A DNA stretch of 63,351 nt, the filler included, from Perkinsus chesapeaki ATCC PRA-425 (Eukaryota > Protista > Perkinsozoa): assembly GCA_013115145.1 (NCBI GenBank). It is 5 parts of 5 records of this genome, joined end to end, with 100 filler letters (N's around TTAATTAATTAA, not from the genome) between each part and the next. Parts side by side here need not be neighbours in the genome. Positions count along the whole stretch, not along the records: positions 1 to 20,556 come from JAAPAO010000618.1; positions 20,657 to 32,410 come from JAAPAO010000839.1; 3 more parts are not named here. One strand, given 5' to 3'. Each line of letters begins with the position of its first letter. Position 1 is the first letter of the stretch. Below, in pieces: positions 17,050 through 30,172 of this stretch. The notes under the pieces were generated by a model that was given only the letters and a program-made list of their open reading frames with translations, did not search any database and had not been told where the DNA came from. The position numbers and the translations under genes are program-made.

Positions 17050-20000
17050 TCAATGTCATCTATCGCTCCAAAGCAGCATCAGCAGCAGGCTTGCACAGTT
17101 TTTCGAGCCAATGATGATGTCTCCAACATTCGTATTTTCATCGTCCTTCTTCAGGATATCTTATCTCCAGAACTGCATTTATTCATAATATTACGGAATG
17201 ACACTTTTCCGCAATTTTTCATGTGCATTCCACTAAATACACTTCAATGTAAATGAACACCATCGAAGAGGCGTAATAATACCAATACCGGATTTTTAAT
17301 TTGATACTGATTGCATAGCAGATGAACCAAAAGCTCACCAGTGCCTCCAGCTGCCTCCTGCCGACGTAGTTCGCGATGCCTATATATCTCTCTTTGAATA
17401 TTCTTTTGCCGTTCCTTCTCTACAGCGATGGCTTCGGCCAGCTCTGCGTCACGGCGTCTCTTCTCTTCCAGTTCTCTCTCAATTTCCCGTTGGTCCGCTT
17501 CCTAAACCTCTCAAATCCTTTCGAAGAAGCTGCAGTAAATCCGACCGCAGGAATCCAGAGTCGATCTCCGGCGGGACGTCGAAGCCAGATACGTGAGAAG
17601 TGTCAGAAACATATATGTGAAGATAATTTAGACGATTTATGAACGTCATTAAAAGAATGATCGATGCGAAAGGTGTCTTCTGATAAAAATAAGTGGATGT
17701 ATTTTGTATTTGGATACCCAGACTACTCAGCAGTCATACCGCTCCTTCCTCTAATCACCAGTTCACAACCCTCTCCCCCCCTCGCTTACTTCTCTCTCCC
17801 GAGCCTCCTTGATTTGCCTTGCTAAGGTTTGAGCATGCTCCTTTCTTGCACGCTGAAACACAAGACACCAGGTAGTCCAAAGAATGGCGTTCCCAGTCCC
17901 GTAAATGCTACAGTTTCATGGAGAGCTACAATGGGTTCAGAGGCAAGGTAAATGAAACCAGTTGGGGAACAAACAAGCAGTGTTCACCGCGCAAGTCCTT
18001 GCATGGCTTATCTGTCTCAGTTACAAACCCGCAAGAAGCGAAACTTCCAGTGCCATATAGTGATTTCGCTCTCACCGTCACATTTGCGTGACACAAAAAC
18101 TGTCTCCCTCCATATCTCTCAAGCCTCTCCACCCGCTCACCTCTTCAAAGTCCTTCCTTTCTTCAGCGAGTTTATAAAACTCCTCCACATCTGCATCGAT
18201 TTGCTGACGCTCATATTCAGCCTGCTACGAGCGACGGGAAATACGGTATGCACGCATGCGCTTCACCTCCTCCCTTCTCCTTTGTCTAACCCTATCGTGG
18301 AGCTCTACTTGTTTTTCCCTATCCTCATAGACCTCCCTCAACAACGCTAACCGAGCCTCCCGCTCAGATTCCCATTGTGCGAACCTATCCGAAAACCCCA
18401 TCTACTAACACATCAGTATCGATGTGTCATCAAGTGCTTTCGAACTTTAATAAAAATACAGCCTTTCAAGATGAAAAAATGAGATATTTTTTCGGCAGTG
18501 GAATTCATTATAGGCCGCCGCCCTCTAGGAGCGCCTGTACCTTTTCTGCCACTGTCTTTCGGCCTCCTCCTCCTCCAGCCTCGCCAGCTCCTCACCACTC
18601 TTCGCTCGAAGTGCCATTTCCACTTTCAACGCTTCGTTAAACTGACATCAAGCGAAGAAGGAGATTACACTCTCCCGACAATCCACAAGTGGAGAGTATA
18701 ACGAACATCAGCAGTACCAGAACATCGACCAAAGGACGAAGACGCCCGAAGAACCATCCAGACGAAAAATATAACATCTCAAAGGATTCCCACCAAGTCA
18801 TGGGCGATCTTCGCCACACACTAGGCGCCAGGATGTCACATACCGTGCAGACTAGACCGTCCCTTGCTTAGACGTGCCAGGAAAGAACAAGGTCTTCCAA
18901 GGGTAGGCGCTCTCACCTCGTATTGCTGCCGCATCTGCAATGCCTTCTCCATGGCTTCTTTTTCAGCCAATTTCTTTTCATTTGCAAGCACGTTCAAAAT
19001 CTGCCGTCGAGATCCACACAGTCGCGGCGCGCAAGAAAATCTTACGAGCTGCTTGTCCTGAGTCTTTTCTCTTTCCTTTTCGGCATCTCGAGCCTTCTTA
19101 GTTTGAAGCGCGTACTCATCCATTCGTCTAGAAGGGGCACAGGTTCGAACCCCGATGACCGCATTTTTGCTACCGTCGAGCCTCAACGTTCTTTATTGCC
19201 GCTTCTTGCGCTGTTCGCCTTTTATCCTCTTCGACTTCCTTCCACACGCTTCGCATGTACTCCCTCTCCCCCTCTAACGCTCGTTGCTTCTCCTACAGTT
19301 ATTAAATAATAATATTATTACTAACAATCCTCTCTAACTCCAAAAAATCAACAAAAAAGTCACAGAAGTTCAGATCAATAGGCAAACGACCAGCGCCCGC
19401 CGAACTCCACCTGTTCTTCAATTTTTTTCAATTTCATCTGCTCATTCAATGTTTCCTTAGCCAAGGCCGTTCGAGCAGCTTTGATCTGCTCCTGGGCCAG
19501 CTCTCTCACAACCTTATCTTTATACCTATTACAATTCGGGCATTAGACAGGAGCATCGGAATGCCCCCTTTTGCCAAGAATATATTCCCTTTTGCAGCCC
19601 TAAAAACACATTTTTTCCTCAAAAGGCAAATATATCTCCGCAAAAGGAGCAGCCTCCGAAAGATGCTAGGCGCTGCCCTAAAGAGAATGCGGTGAAGTGG
19701 CGGAGATGAAGTGCAGTAGAGGCACGACTATGCTTTCGAAGACGCGCAATATTCTACTACCCCTCCAAGATACATATTGAATATTTAAAGTGGAAAAGAT
19801 GATATAAAAAGTATACCGCAAAAGAGCAGGTGTATCTCATAAAACGTCCGAGGGCAACGCGCCAGATTAGCCTGTTCGACTAAGCCGAGCCGAAGAGGCT
19901 CGATTGTATTCATGACAATCATTCAGGTTCATGTCAGGTCTACGATCTGACGCAGACCTTACCCTTCTTGCCGCAGTCTATCATAAATAGCTTCTTCCTC

Positions 20001-20330
20001 CTTCTCCATCTTTTTAATGTCCTCTTTCTCACTGAGCTGCTGATCCCGAGTTGCTACCACCTAGACGTAAAATGGTTCACTAACTACTAGCCAATTGAAA
20101 CTGGCTCACCTCAAGTGCGAAAAGGTCATGATCTGCTTCACGAAGTTCATCCAAGCTCGCCCTCCAACGCTGATACCTAAACCGCGCGCCGCAAAATACA
20201 TTCGCTCATCAAAAACTCGCTCCAGAAAGTAATCATCGTCAGTAGCTTAGTTACTTTCATTGTAAGATTATTCCGCTTTCAACCCACCAAAACCAACACG
20301 TGATATGAGAAGCTTGAAGTTCATAATGAT
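17050..20330 (-). CDS. Coiled-coil flagellar protein, CFAP53/TPH-domain-like; boundaries approximate
   Basis: E/R/K/Q-rich exons such as YQRWRASLDELREADHDLFALE|VVATRDQQLSEKEDIKKMEKEEEAIYDRL resemble CFAP53 from memory. Confidence 0.5.
19128..19173 (+). pseudogene. 46-nt intron made almost entirely of an antisense tRNA 3' end plus terminator
   Basis: Plus strand reads gggc acagg TTCGAAC cccga tgaccgc a TTTTT gctac. Confidence 0.75.
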
Positions 20331-20459
20331 GAAATATGAAGCGAAAAGATACGATCATTGAGTAGTCTTATAATGAGCCTTATGATCCTCATTATGTTAT
20401 CCAATTATAATGCATATAGAGAAGGGAAGTCTCTCAAGATGGCCGCCCGCTAACTATCC

Positions 20460-20556
20460 AATAAGACTGAATATATCTATTTAATAAGACTGAATATATC
20501 TATTTAATAATACTGAATATATCTATTTAATAAGACTGAATATATCTATTTAATAA
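20460..20556. repeat. 23-bp AT-rich tandem repeat, about 4 copies, at a contig end
   Basis: aataagactgaatatatctattt repeated. Confidence 0.95.
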
Positions 20557-20656
20557 NNNNNNNNNNNNNNNNNNNNNNNNNNNNNNNNNNNNNNNNNNNN
20601 TTAATTAATTAANNNNNNNNNNNNNNNNNNNNNNNNNNNNNNNNNNNNNNNNNNNN
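20557..20656. other. Assembly spacer (N-TTAATTAATTAA-N)
   Basis: Six-frame stop linker embedded in Ns. Confidence 0.98.
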
Positions 20657-20694
20657 GTTCTAATCTGAGAGTAATCCTAAGCTTTTCAACATAT

Positions 20695-20760
20695 GAAACT
20701 GCCTAGCGGAGCGAAGCGATCGCTACAGAAACTGCCTAGCGGAGCGAAGCGATCGCTACA
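20695..20760. repeat. Perfect 33-bp direct repeat, 2 copies
   Basis: gaaactgcctagcggagcgaagcgatcgctaca occurs twice in tandem. Confidence 0.95.
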
Positions 20761-20775
20761 CGAATTTTTCCAAAG

Positions 20776-21240
20776 GTGCTTCTCTACATTGTCTGCCATC
20801 CATCTCGGAAGCCGGGGACCCAGTCGAATCTAATATGCTGGTGCAAGGTAAGACTGTTTACGAAGTGTCTTTTTTCTAGAGCTACCAGCTCCTCTTTGTT
20901 AGGACATTCTCTGCCATCCATCCCGGAAGCCGGAGAGCCAGTCGAGTCTGACATGCTGGTGCAAGGTAAGACTGTTTACGAAGTGTCTTTTTCTAGAGCT
21001 ACCAGTGCCTCTTTGTTAGGCCATTTCCTGCCATCCATCTCGGGCGCAGAGCTTACTGATAGCTCCCTTACATTTAGCACAAGTGGGTTTCAATTACTCG
21101 CTTTCCGAGGCCGGATGCGCACTTTCATAGGTCCATCAAAACTACTCAACTCCTCTTCTCTGGAAACTCCGAGTAGGCGAAGTAAGAGAGTACGTAAAAG
21201 GCCAGAGTGGTGGTCGAGGGATAATATTTATGCATGCTAA
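20776..21240 (+). mobile_element. Possible LTR-retrotransposon pol 3' tail with an internal ~117-bp tandem duplication
   Basis: About 2.3 copies of a ~39-codon unit, the first frameshifted. The ORF ends RRSKRVRKRPEW, a motif common after Gypsy integrases. Confidence 0.4.
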
Positions 21241-21483
21241 TCCAAACGACAGAATGTGCACTATTGTTATCACTCTATAATTGACTGTGCAGTCTATGCT
21301 GTTGTCTATGCCTGTTTCTGCCACACGGGAAAGCCATTATTACTGGTCCCGGACCAGTGGTAATGTCCGTGTTTCAATAATTATCTGTCGTAACAACCAT
21401 CCTTTTCACATCGGCGTGTCGAGTTAATGAGTCACTGGATGTTTGATTACGCTTAAGACATTCTCCCTGGCTCTGTGTCAGTC

Positions 21484-21600
21484 TCCTTAGGTTTTTGCCG
21501 TTTTCCTTAGGTTTTTGCCATTTTCCTTAGGTTTTTGTCACTCGTGTGGCGCGCGCTTTTCTTCCTTAGTTTTTTGCACTTTTCCTTAGTTTTTTGCTCT
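21484..21600. repeat. Degenerate ~20-bp T-rich tandem repeat
   Basis: ttttccttaggtttttgcca-like units. Confidence 0.85.
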
Positions 21601-21799
21601 TTGCCCACTTACCAAGAATCAGACAGCACACTTCATGAACAGGTTCATATACATCAGCAGCTGAATTGGTTGGTTATTTAGTATGGCCTCCCTTTGACCC
21701 CGGTTCAAGGAAGTGCGATAATATTTACTTGTTTTTGAGTGTTCTTTGTTAACCATTGCCTCACTTCTCACTTCATGCATCCTACTTAGTTCCTGATCT

Positions 21800-22992
21800 A
21801 TGTTGTCTCGGCATCTTCTACGACTTGCTGCTCCCCGCACGCTATCGTTTCTCCCCATGGTTGCTCCCCTCGTCCGATCCCCACTAGGTCTACGGTGTAA
21901 TAGAGCGTTTATGAGCACTGAAGCGACGCCAAGGGTTGAGGAGGGAGGTGAGGGGTTATTCGATAAATCAGTGATTTCGGCTCGTTGCGGGGTTGTTTTC
22001 CATGCATAAAAGCGTCCTTGGAGTGTGCTTTGGGAAAGTGCCTTTCTGAATATTAATGCAGATTTTCAAGGCTTCCGAAATTGGCTTTGAAAACGTATAA
22101 TATTGTGGTTCCGAGTCGGAACTTCCGATTCAGAAGTGGTGGCGGATGCAGTTTTCTAAATCCTAAAGGCTATTGTGGAAAAACAGACCCTCTCGAAAGG
22201 CCTTTGCTGAATACCCGCACTCGTAGAAGGTACTAGGATTTTCAAGTTTGCTGGAAAAGACGCATTTTTCCGGATAGCCCTTGTAGACTCGATTGTGACT
22301 TCTAGGGGGCCGGCCTCATTTATTAATGTATCAATCTATCAGGTAAAAAGAAGGTTGAGTTGCCTATAGATGTATATGATAATAATAAAGAATGGTGGGA
22401 GCAGATCACATCTCCTCATGACTTCATGCCGAAGTTTGGATCAGCTAGTTTCACTATCGGATGTAAGCTTATCGTGGCATACTGTTATCCCTCTCTTTCG
22501 GCGGGTGAAGATACTTTTCACACACCAGTTGAACAGCCATCTTTTACAACCATCGCCCTTCGAATTAGAACGCGAAGAAAGTACATTGTACTTGGTAAAA
22601 TCGTTATAGTGACGTCATTCGCTGTGCCTGTATATAATACTGTACATGAAACTAACATTACACTTCGTGTACAGCAGCAGTATCTAACCGTATGAAGTGC
22701 GATATATTTCCTGCAGTAATGGTATTTTGTCCTCATAGTAATATGTAGAGCTACATATTCTCCCTGTATTACTGGTGTATCACAGTATTGCTTGCCAATC
22801 CTCGTCATGGTCGTCTTCTTCCTCTCAGGTGTGATCTTAGTAGGTCTCATTATGTACAATGAGAAGGAGGAATCCAAGGAAGAAGTTGAGAATGCCAAAT
22901 TACGTCAAGCTCGATTAGCCGCGAAAGGCGAGCCGCAGCAGCAGCATTCACCGCCGCCTCCGTCGGCGGCCTGTGCTGCTGGCGCAGAGTAG
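21800..22992 (+). CDS. Hypothetical protein with a mitochondrial-presequence-like N-terminus and C-terminal TM helix; may be more than one gene
   Basis: MLSRHLLRLAAPRTLSFL... is R/S/L-rich. The last exon carries LPILVMVVFFLSGVILVGLIMY. The internal exon chain is not resolved. Confidence 0.4.
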
Positions 22993-24027
22993 TATTGTTC
23001 AGTTACAGTTGTCCTTTACTCCTGTTTTATATTTTGGAATATCTCTTTAGTTCTAGTGAATGAATATTACCTTGTAGTTTTGATTCTCTCTCCTCGATGA
23101 CAATGGTATCAAGTGTTTGCTGTCAGAAGGAGGGCTCTGATGGTAGTAAGGGACGACCAAGTGAAAGGATAAAAAACATAGTTTAAACAGAGTACAATTG
23201 ATGACATAGGGGGAAGAACCAGCTCGTGAGACGATCAATAATATCAAGTTCGTTCCAAGCTGTCCGTCTCCCTTGATATGAGCTTACCTCCCCTTTTCTC
23301 AATAGCTAGCGGAGGAACAGTCAGGATATTGTTATAATGGCTACTTTTCTCGTCCTTTAAACCATGTATAGGGTATCTTGATGAGTCTAGTTATCAAGGT
23401 GTTGTCGTGCGGTACTGTGGTCCTCCCATTCGGCGATGAACTCCTTCAAGAATATACTACCATTGCTCTCACCTTGTCGATCATCAACAACGTGCGGATT
23501 AGTCCACCATTCATCGATATCGTTGTTTCGCTAGTCGTCCTTGTTAACAATCCTCAATAGGTGTGAAGGACGATTATCAACCGGTAGAGCTTACTACTAG
23601 CTTACACTCATTGCTCTCATCAGCTTGAATGATATGGCTCCTCTCAGGCAAGTCAGCGTCCATCTCGAGGACCCCAGCGAGTGCAAGTATCGATGCCACA
23701 GTGGAGCAGGAGGAGGAGCAGGTTGAATTGTGGCTTACATCTCTCAAGAATAAGCTGTCAGTCTTCAGGCATCGTCACACGGCAGTGTGGATGATGATAT
23801 CAACATCAACCACACCACTCCGAATTCGAAGGCCTTGCGATCGTCCGACAGCTTACCAGACTCTTCGTTCACTTCGTCCACGAGGTCTAGCTCATCGGTA
23901 AGAAGCTCGTCACGTGTAGCCAACCCTTATACAGTAATGAAGGAACCCGACGCACAGCAGCTGTTGTTGTTGCTGTTGCTTGAGCTACACTAGAAGACTG
24001 CGTTCGGTAGATGTTATTGCCTTTCAG

Positions 24028-24788
24028 TTGGGGACGGTCGAATCAGCTGCGAAGAGTATCCTAGAATCCATAGACGGAGAAGATGCAGATCGGCAAGGTC
24101 TAAAAAAGACGCCAATGCGCTACGCTAAAGCGCTGGAGTTCCTCACTAAGGGGTTCGTTATACCGCAGCACTCTACGGTAGATTACAATGGTGATAGGTA
24201 CTCGGAGACTTTGGAGGAAATAGTCAACGATGCTGTTTTCGATGTTGAGCCGTTGGGCAATGATGAGATGGTTATGGTACGCGACATTGACATGTTCTCC
24301 CTGTGCGAACACCATATGCTGCCTTTCTACGGTAGACGGCGCAGGTTCGATTCCCACGGGCGGCATTTCTTGGTTCAGGAACTGTGGACATAGGATACAT
24401 TCCGCGCGGCAAAGTGCTTGGCTTGAGCAAACTGGCGAGGATTACGGAAATGTTTTCAAGACGGTTGCAGGTGGGCCACGAGTCTGCAGCGGTCTGCAGT
24501 CGGGTGAGACCAGTCTTTCAGGTGCAAGAAAGGATGACGCAGCAGATAGCTAGAGCCGTGGAGGAGGCCGTCGAGCCGCTGGGGGTGGCTGTGGTTGTTA
24601 GGGCTACTCATATGTGCATGAGTATGAGAGGTGTCCAGAAGTCTATGGCTTCAACAACGACCAGCTGCGTATTGGGGGCCTTCAGGTCGGCAGCACTTCG
24701 GCGATGTAGAGTGACACTTGATGCTGATGGCAGGTCAAACCCGAAGACGCGCGCCGAGTTTTTCAGCCTCATCAACCACAAGGCGTAA
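24028..24788 (+). CDS. GCH1: GTP cyclohydrolase I, multi-exon, N-terminus unresolved
   Basis: [54 protein letters not shown]|[17 protein letters not shown]. Confidence 0.95.
24332..24378 (+). pseudogene. 47-nt GCH1 intron containing a sense tRNA 3'-end remnant
   Basis: GTAGACggc gcagg TTCGATT cccac gggcggc a tttct...cag. Confidence 0.75.
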
Positions 24789-25395
24789 AAGCCCTCACAG
24801 CATCAGCAGCTTGTTGCTATCGTCCAGCTTTCCTCCCTCATGCAGCCCCTCTTCTGCTCTTTCTGCTCGCTTCTTATATTCTTCCTCGCTCTCTCCCGCC
24901 ATACATTAAGGCTAGCACTTGCTCCTCCTCCTGCTGCTTAAGCTTCGCTGTTGCTTTGCACTGGTGTACTACTACTATGGGTTTTGTCGATTGTATATTG
25001 CATATAAGAATAATAATTACGTTAAGAAGAGCGTTGTTGTGAGTGACCACTGGCCGGTATGCTGGGGACTAATAACATATTTTTTCGTTGCCATTCTAAT
25101 CTGTTGCGTGACAGACTCATTTAGCCCGGCGGTCCGCCCGATCGACAAGCAAAACCTCGAGGAAGATTCGAACCTGCGGATGATTGATTTACGGTCGAGC
25201 CCATCACCGACCGGCCATATCCTCTCGATTTTGTGTGATGTAACCGTTGATCGATTTGTTGATCCTCCCCCAATAGTGTTGCACAACCCTGTGCCCCTGA
25301 TATCCCACTCGGCCCTCAACTAGGACCCCTCCTCTACTATCTTAAATCATTTCTACCATTGCCGCCGTTTCCTCACGTGCAGGGTTCCTTTTATA

Positions 25396-27609
25396 ATGAA
25401 AGCCTCTGTGGGGTCAGCAAAAGGTCTCCCGGAACATCACAGATGTCGGCGAAGCAGCAGCGGCCTGATGGGCATTCTCATGCTCATTGGACTCTTCATG
25501 TTGACGGCCAACAGTGTAGCTTTTGTGGTTGGAGGCGGCAAGAGCGAGACTGCAGCCCAAACCTCGGCACTGCGGGGAGCATCGCCAGCCGTGGCTGCAG
25601 TGGCCAGGTGGGATGCACCTTGCCAGAATGTTGTTTCTACTTTTCCACTTTCAGATACTCGGATGCTCAACTCCCGACCAGCGCCTCGAGTTCATCAACT
25701 CTTGCGTACCTTGCCAAGTTCGGTCTCTTCTCCCTTGCTACCATCGCTGCTCTCGCTGCCGTCTCTCGTCGTAGTGGGCCATCAACCAAACGGCAAAGTG
25801 TCATGAGCGGTTCCGCTAATGGAACTGCTTGTCTTGTGCCTGTTGGACAGCCGGGTGAAGAGGGCCGCAACGAAAGTGAGCTCCTGCGAATCTTTCGCTG
25901 GATATCCCATCGCAATTTAGCTGGCGTCAAACGCGTAGCAGTTCTCGGCTCCACCGGCTCTATCGGCACGCAGGCCCTGGAAATGTGCGGCCACTTCAAC
26001 GACCGGTTTGAGGTTCGAACAGTTGCTTTCTTCTGCCTCCACAGCCCACTGCTCCTACCTCAGGTTGTAGCCCTTAGCGCCGGCGGGTCCAAAATAGATT
26101 TGCTTGCCGACCAGATCATACAGTTCAGCCCAGCCATGGTGGCAGTTGGTGACAAGAAGGCCCTGCAGTCCCTCAAGATTGACCTCAGATCGAAGGGGTT
26201 CACAAGGTAGCGATGAACTACCTTACGACGCAGGAATCCTTGCCTCTCAGACCGCATCCTAAATATTTCGTCGGCGCGTCGGGTTTGGAGCAGATGGCTC
26301 GGGAGTGTCCCGCTGACGTTGTCGTTACCGGTATCGTCGGCTGCGCTGGCCTCCTTCCAACCGTTGCGGCCATCGAGAGCGGAAAGGACATTGCCTTGGC
26401 CAACAAGGAAACTCTGATCGCCGGTAGGAGACGGAGGCTTTCGCTCCTTTACCGTGGCTGTCTTAAGGTGGCCCTGTTATCGGTCCCCTTCTGAAGAAGT
26501 ACGGAGTGAAGCTTCTGCCAGCCGACTCGGAGCACAGTGCCTTATGGCAGTGCATGCAGGTAAGGCTACTCTATGGTAGACCGGCGATCCTAAGCTTATT
26601 AGGGATGCCCTCCAGACAGCATCAGAAGCTTAATAATAACAGCCAGTGGGGGCGCCTTTCGAGACTGGACCAAGGAACAGATGGAGTAGGCTCCCCCTCC
26701 CTCCCCCGCAGTAGCGCTATTTCTTGTACTTCAGGAACGCCACAGTAGAGGACGCCTTGAAGCACCCGAACTGGTCCATGGGGGCCAAGATCACCGTGGA
26801 TTCGGCCACGCTGATGAACAAAGGCCTCGAAGTGATCGAGGCCCACAATCTCTTCGGCATACCCTACGACGACATTCGAGTACCTCAGTTCAATGCAGCT
26901 ATCGGCGTCGCATTGCTGCTGCTGCTGCTTGTCAGGCTGTTATCCACCCACAGTCCATCGTACACAGTGCCATAGAGCTTGAAGATACCTCTGTTATAGC
27001 TCAGATGGGCGTGCCAGACATGAAGCTCCCTCTACTGTGAATTTACGGTGTTATATTGTTGGGTACATCGTCAACTTCAGGTACACGCTGGCCTATCCGC
27101 AACGATTGCACCATGACGGTTCGAGTCTGGAACGGTTAACTTTGAAGCAGCTCACCGGAGGTTTAACTTTCAAAGAGATTGATACCGATAAATATCCCTG
27201 CATCAGCCTTGCGTACAGAGCTGGCAGACGTGGAGGTGATGGAGGAGGCTAGGGCTCGCCCTTAGCAGCCAGGAGCTGGCAAAGTCAGGTACGGCACCAG
27301 CAATACTGAGCGCGGCGAATGAAAAGGCCGTCGAGTTATTCTTGAACAGGAAGATCAAGTTTATGGATATTCCCAAAGTGAACGGTTGTCATGGTTTTGT
27401 TGAGAAGCCAAATTGGCTGTTGTCAGATTCTGGACTCGGTCTTGAACAGAGCTGAAGCAGAGAGTATCATTATCGATAAGCCAACTGAGATTAGGGACAT
27501 CGTGGAGGCCGACGCATGGGGAAGGATGGCTGCTGAAGAGGTGGCCACCGCCGCCGCCGCGGCAGGAGCAGCTGGCCAGTGCCAATCTCCCGATAACTGT
27601 CGTTGCTAA
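25396..27609 (+). CDS. dxr: 1-deoxy-D-xylulose-5-phosphate reductoisomerase with a bipartite plastid-targeting-like leader
   Basis: [84 protein letters not shown] long hydrophobic then S/A-rich N-terminal extension precedes the enzyme. Confidence 0.95.
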
Positions 27610-27987
27610 GTAATCTGATTTGTTCCTAACCATTAGTTTGTGGTGACACGATCTAGCGTGCATCACCACCACAGCTCCCAACTGCGCGCATATGTTCTCT
27701 TCTGGCATTTCAACGGCTCTTGAGTTCCATTCAATTAAATCGTAACAGTCGCAGAGAAAAGTGTTGCTCGATACTGCCGTGGTCACTCGTAACGCGGATA
27801 CCCCTGAGTAGCAAGTCCTGGCACGACCTCTGTAAGAGAGAGCTAAATAATATGAGATGTAAACCGTCTCCTACAGGGAAACTTGGGTATGTGTAAAAGG
27901 CCCCAGATAGACGATGACATATTGCTCCCCTACTCCACTGTGAGTGCTGGTACTTTAGTCAGTCTTGTTAGTTTACTCCCCATTAAC

Positions 27988-30172
27988 ATGCTTCTCTCCC
28001 GCCTCACTTGCTCCCTCCTCCTCTATTTCTCGGTCCTATGCTCCACTCTAGCCTCTGGATACTGCGGTGATGGTATATGTGAGACACCGGAGCTCGCTGA
28101 TTCCTGTCCGACTGACTGCGGAGAGGTTGTTAGGAACCCTCGTCTGTTTGGGCAAGCCCCGACCCCTCCATACTTTTGGGCCCTCGATCCCCCGGACGCC
28201 TCTGTAACGTACCTGAATCACACCGGACCGGAGACTGAGCAGAAGTCCCTTGCCGTCCAACTTCCTGGCAGTGCAGCCGTAACTCAAACACTGGCGCTCA
28301 TTCCCGGTCATCACTACTCGCTCCGAATGGTCACAGATCCACCGGCAAGCGAATGCTGGAGGGGTTTCGTCTACACCTCAGCGGAGGTGCTAGCTGATAC
28401 GGTTGGCCATAACGAATTCATCGCTCCTGAAAGCGGCGCCACAGGAGGCGTATTCGTCGGAGCAAGAGCAACACCCACTTGTCAAGTAAGTCGAACTCAC
28501 CAGCGAATACTCCTCCACACGTCGCTCAGAGTGCTGCTGGTCTGTCCAGCATCTCTGTCATATCCTTGCCTAACAATGCTAACTTCGGTTTCCACTACCC
28601 CGCGGTCTATGAGACCTTCCTCGGAGATCCTCACAGAGGAGTGTCTCCCAAAGAGTGCAGGCAGATGTGTCTGAATGAACCTAGCTGTTGCGCTTGGCAG
28701 GTCAGTTCCTCCTCAAAATAGGCTGCTTATAGCTGGCCAGGTCTGCCCCGGTACGGAGGAGGAAGGATGTGGTGGATGCTACTTGCTTGGACGCCGCCCT
28801 TCTGATGGTGCTGTAGAGAGGAAAGAGGGATGGTAAGGTAACATGTCATGTTGATAGTATTATTTATCGGTCATGTTCATTTATGGACTGCTATAGCTAG
28901 CACGGCACTAGTCAGGTACGCCGGTGTGGAGCGGCTCGTCCCTGCTGTACGAGGAGGAGATGGCGACGGAATGGATGCCGAGGCCTGCAGAGCATGGCTA
29001 CTGGAACAGAGTGCGCATGACGAGGACTTTTATAATGAAAAGAGTGGAAAGCTTTACAAGTACCACGACTGTGGTATGCTACTACGAACAGATAGGATTC
29101 AAGTGCCGGCGTACAGGTTGGCACCGAGACATCTCAGCCCTTCAGGTACCGAAACAGGTCTTCGTCGGAGGTGCTCATTACCCCACAATAGTTGTGGCAA
29201 ATCATAGGACGCCCGAGCCTAAGATGCCAAGTGAAAAACACGATCCAACAGCCATCTTGCCGCACTTCTTTGCTCTCCCATTCTACGATACCAACATCGG
29301 GAATATGATTAAAAACACGGGCTGCATGAACGTGCTCCAGTCATATGAGATGCAATCCATCCTCAAACCGGGTGATGTGTTCATAGACGCCGGCGCTAAC
29401 CTGGGAAGCTATACGATACCGATTGCCGAGCATCTCGGTGAGCTCTTCGGAGATGCGGTAGATCCTTTGAAGTGATCATCAGGCCCTGCCGGAATGGTAC
29501 TGGCTTTCGAGCCTTTCCGGTGGACCTATCAATTGCTCAACGCAAATGTAGCGTTGAATGGACTGATGAACGTGTGGACATACCAAGTATACCATAACCC
29601 CATAGTCAATGCTTCGATGCTCCGTTCTGTCAGGCAGCGCTATCGGACACCGCCGGGCAATCCCTTCTTTTGCAGCCCCAGCTTCGCTTCTTCTCCTCCC
29701 CGGGTGGTGTCAGAGCGAATCCTACTAATCAAACGGGCGGGCTGAGTAGCTAAACGACCCGTCCGTGGGTTTGCTGATAGAAGTTATCTTCTTAGGCGAA
29801 GAAGACAGCAAACAGCTGTACGATACAGAATGGGGCGCAGAAGCTGTCGAAGCTGTTCGCCTTGATGACATCATCTTTGATAGCAACCTGTTCGCCGGCC
29901 GGAATCGAGAGCCGACCGTGAGCCTGATTAAGATTGATGTAGAGGGCATGGAGGTTAACGTGATGCGAGGAGCGCTGAGGACTCTGGAGACTTTCCATCC
30001 GATAGTTTGGAGCGAAAATGTTGACTATTTCGAGAAGGAGGATCTTTCCTTTATAGCTTTGATGGATTCGTTGGATTACACATGTGCAAAGGCAAGTGCG
30101 GCACCGACGGACCTAGTATGCCAGGATAAGTACGGTAGAGGCCCAACGCCTATCGCATTGACAGAAGCATGA
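27988..30172 (+). CDS. Secreted multidomain FkbM-family methyltransferase
   Basis: Signal peptide, CGDGIC..CPTDC motif, CBM-like and PAN/apple-like Cys segments, then FIDAGANLG, LAFEP and LIKIDVEGME. Confidence 0.8.

Noticed and set aside
20601-20612. TTAATTAATTAA palindrome recurring four times between N runs
   Set aside because: It is an artificial six-frame-stop contig linker, not biology.
24028-27609. GCH1 next to DXR as a metabolic gene cluster
   Set aside because: They belong to different pathways and probably different compartments, and nothing in the sequence suggests more than chance adjacency.
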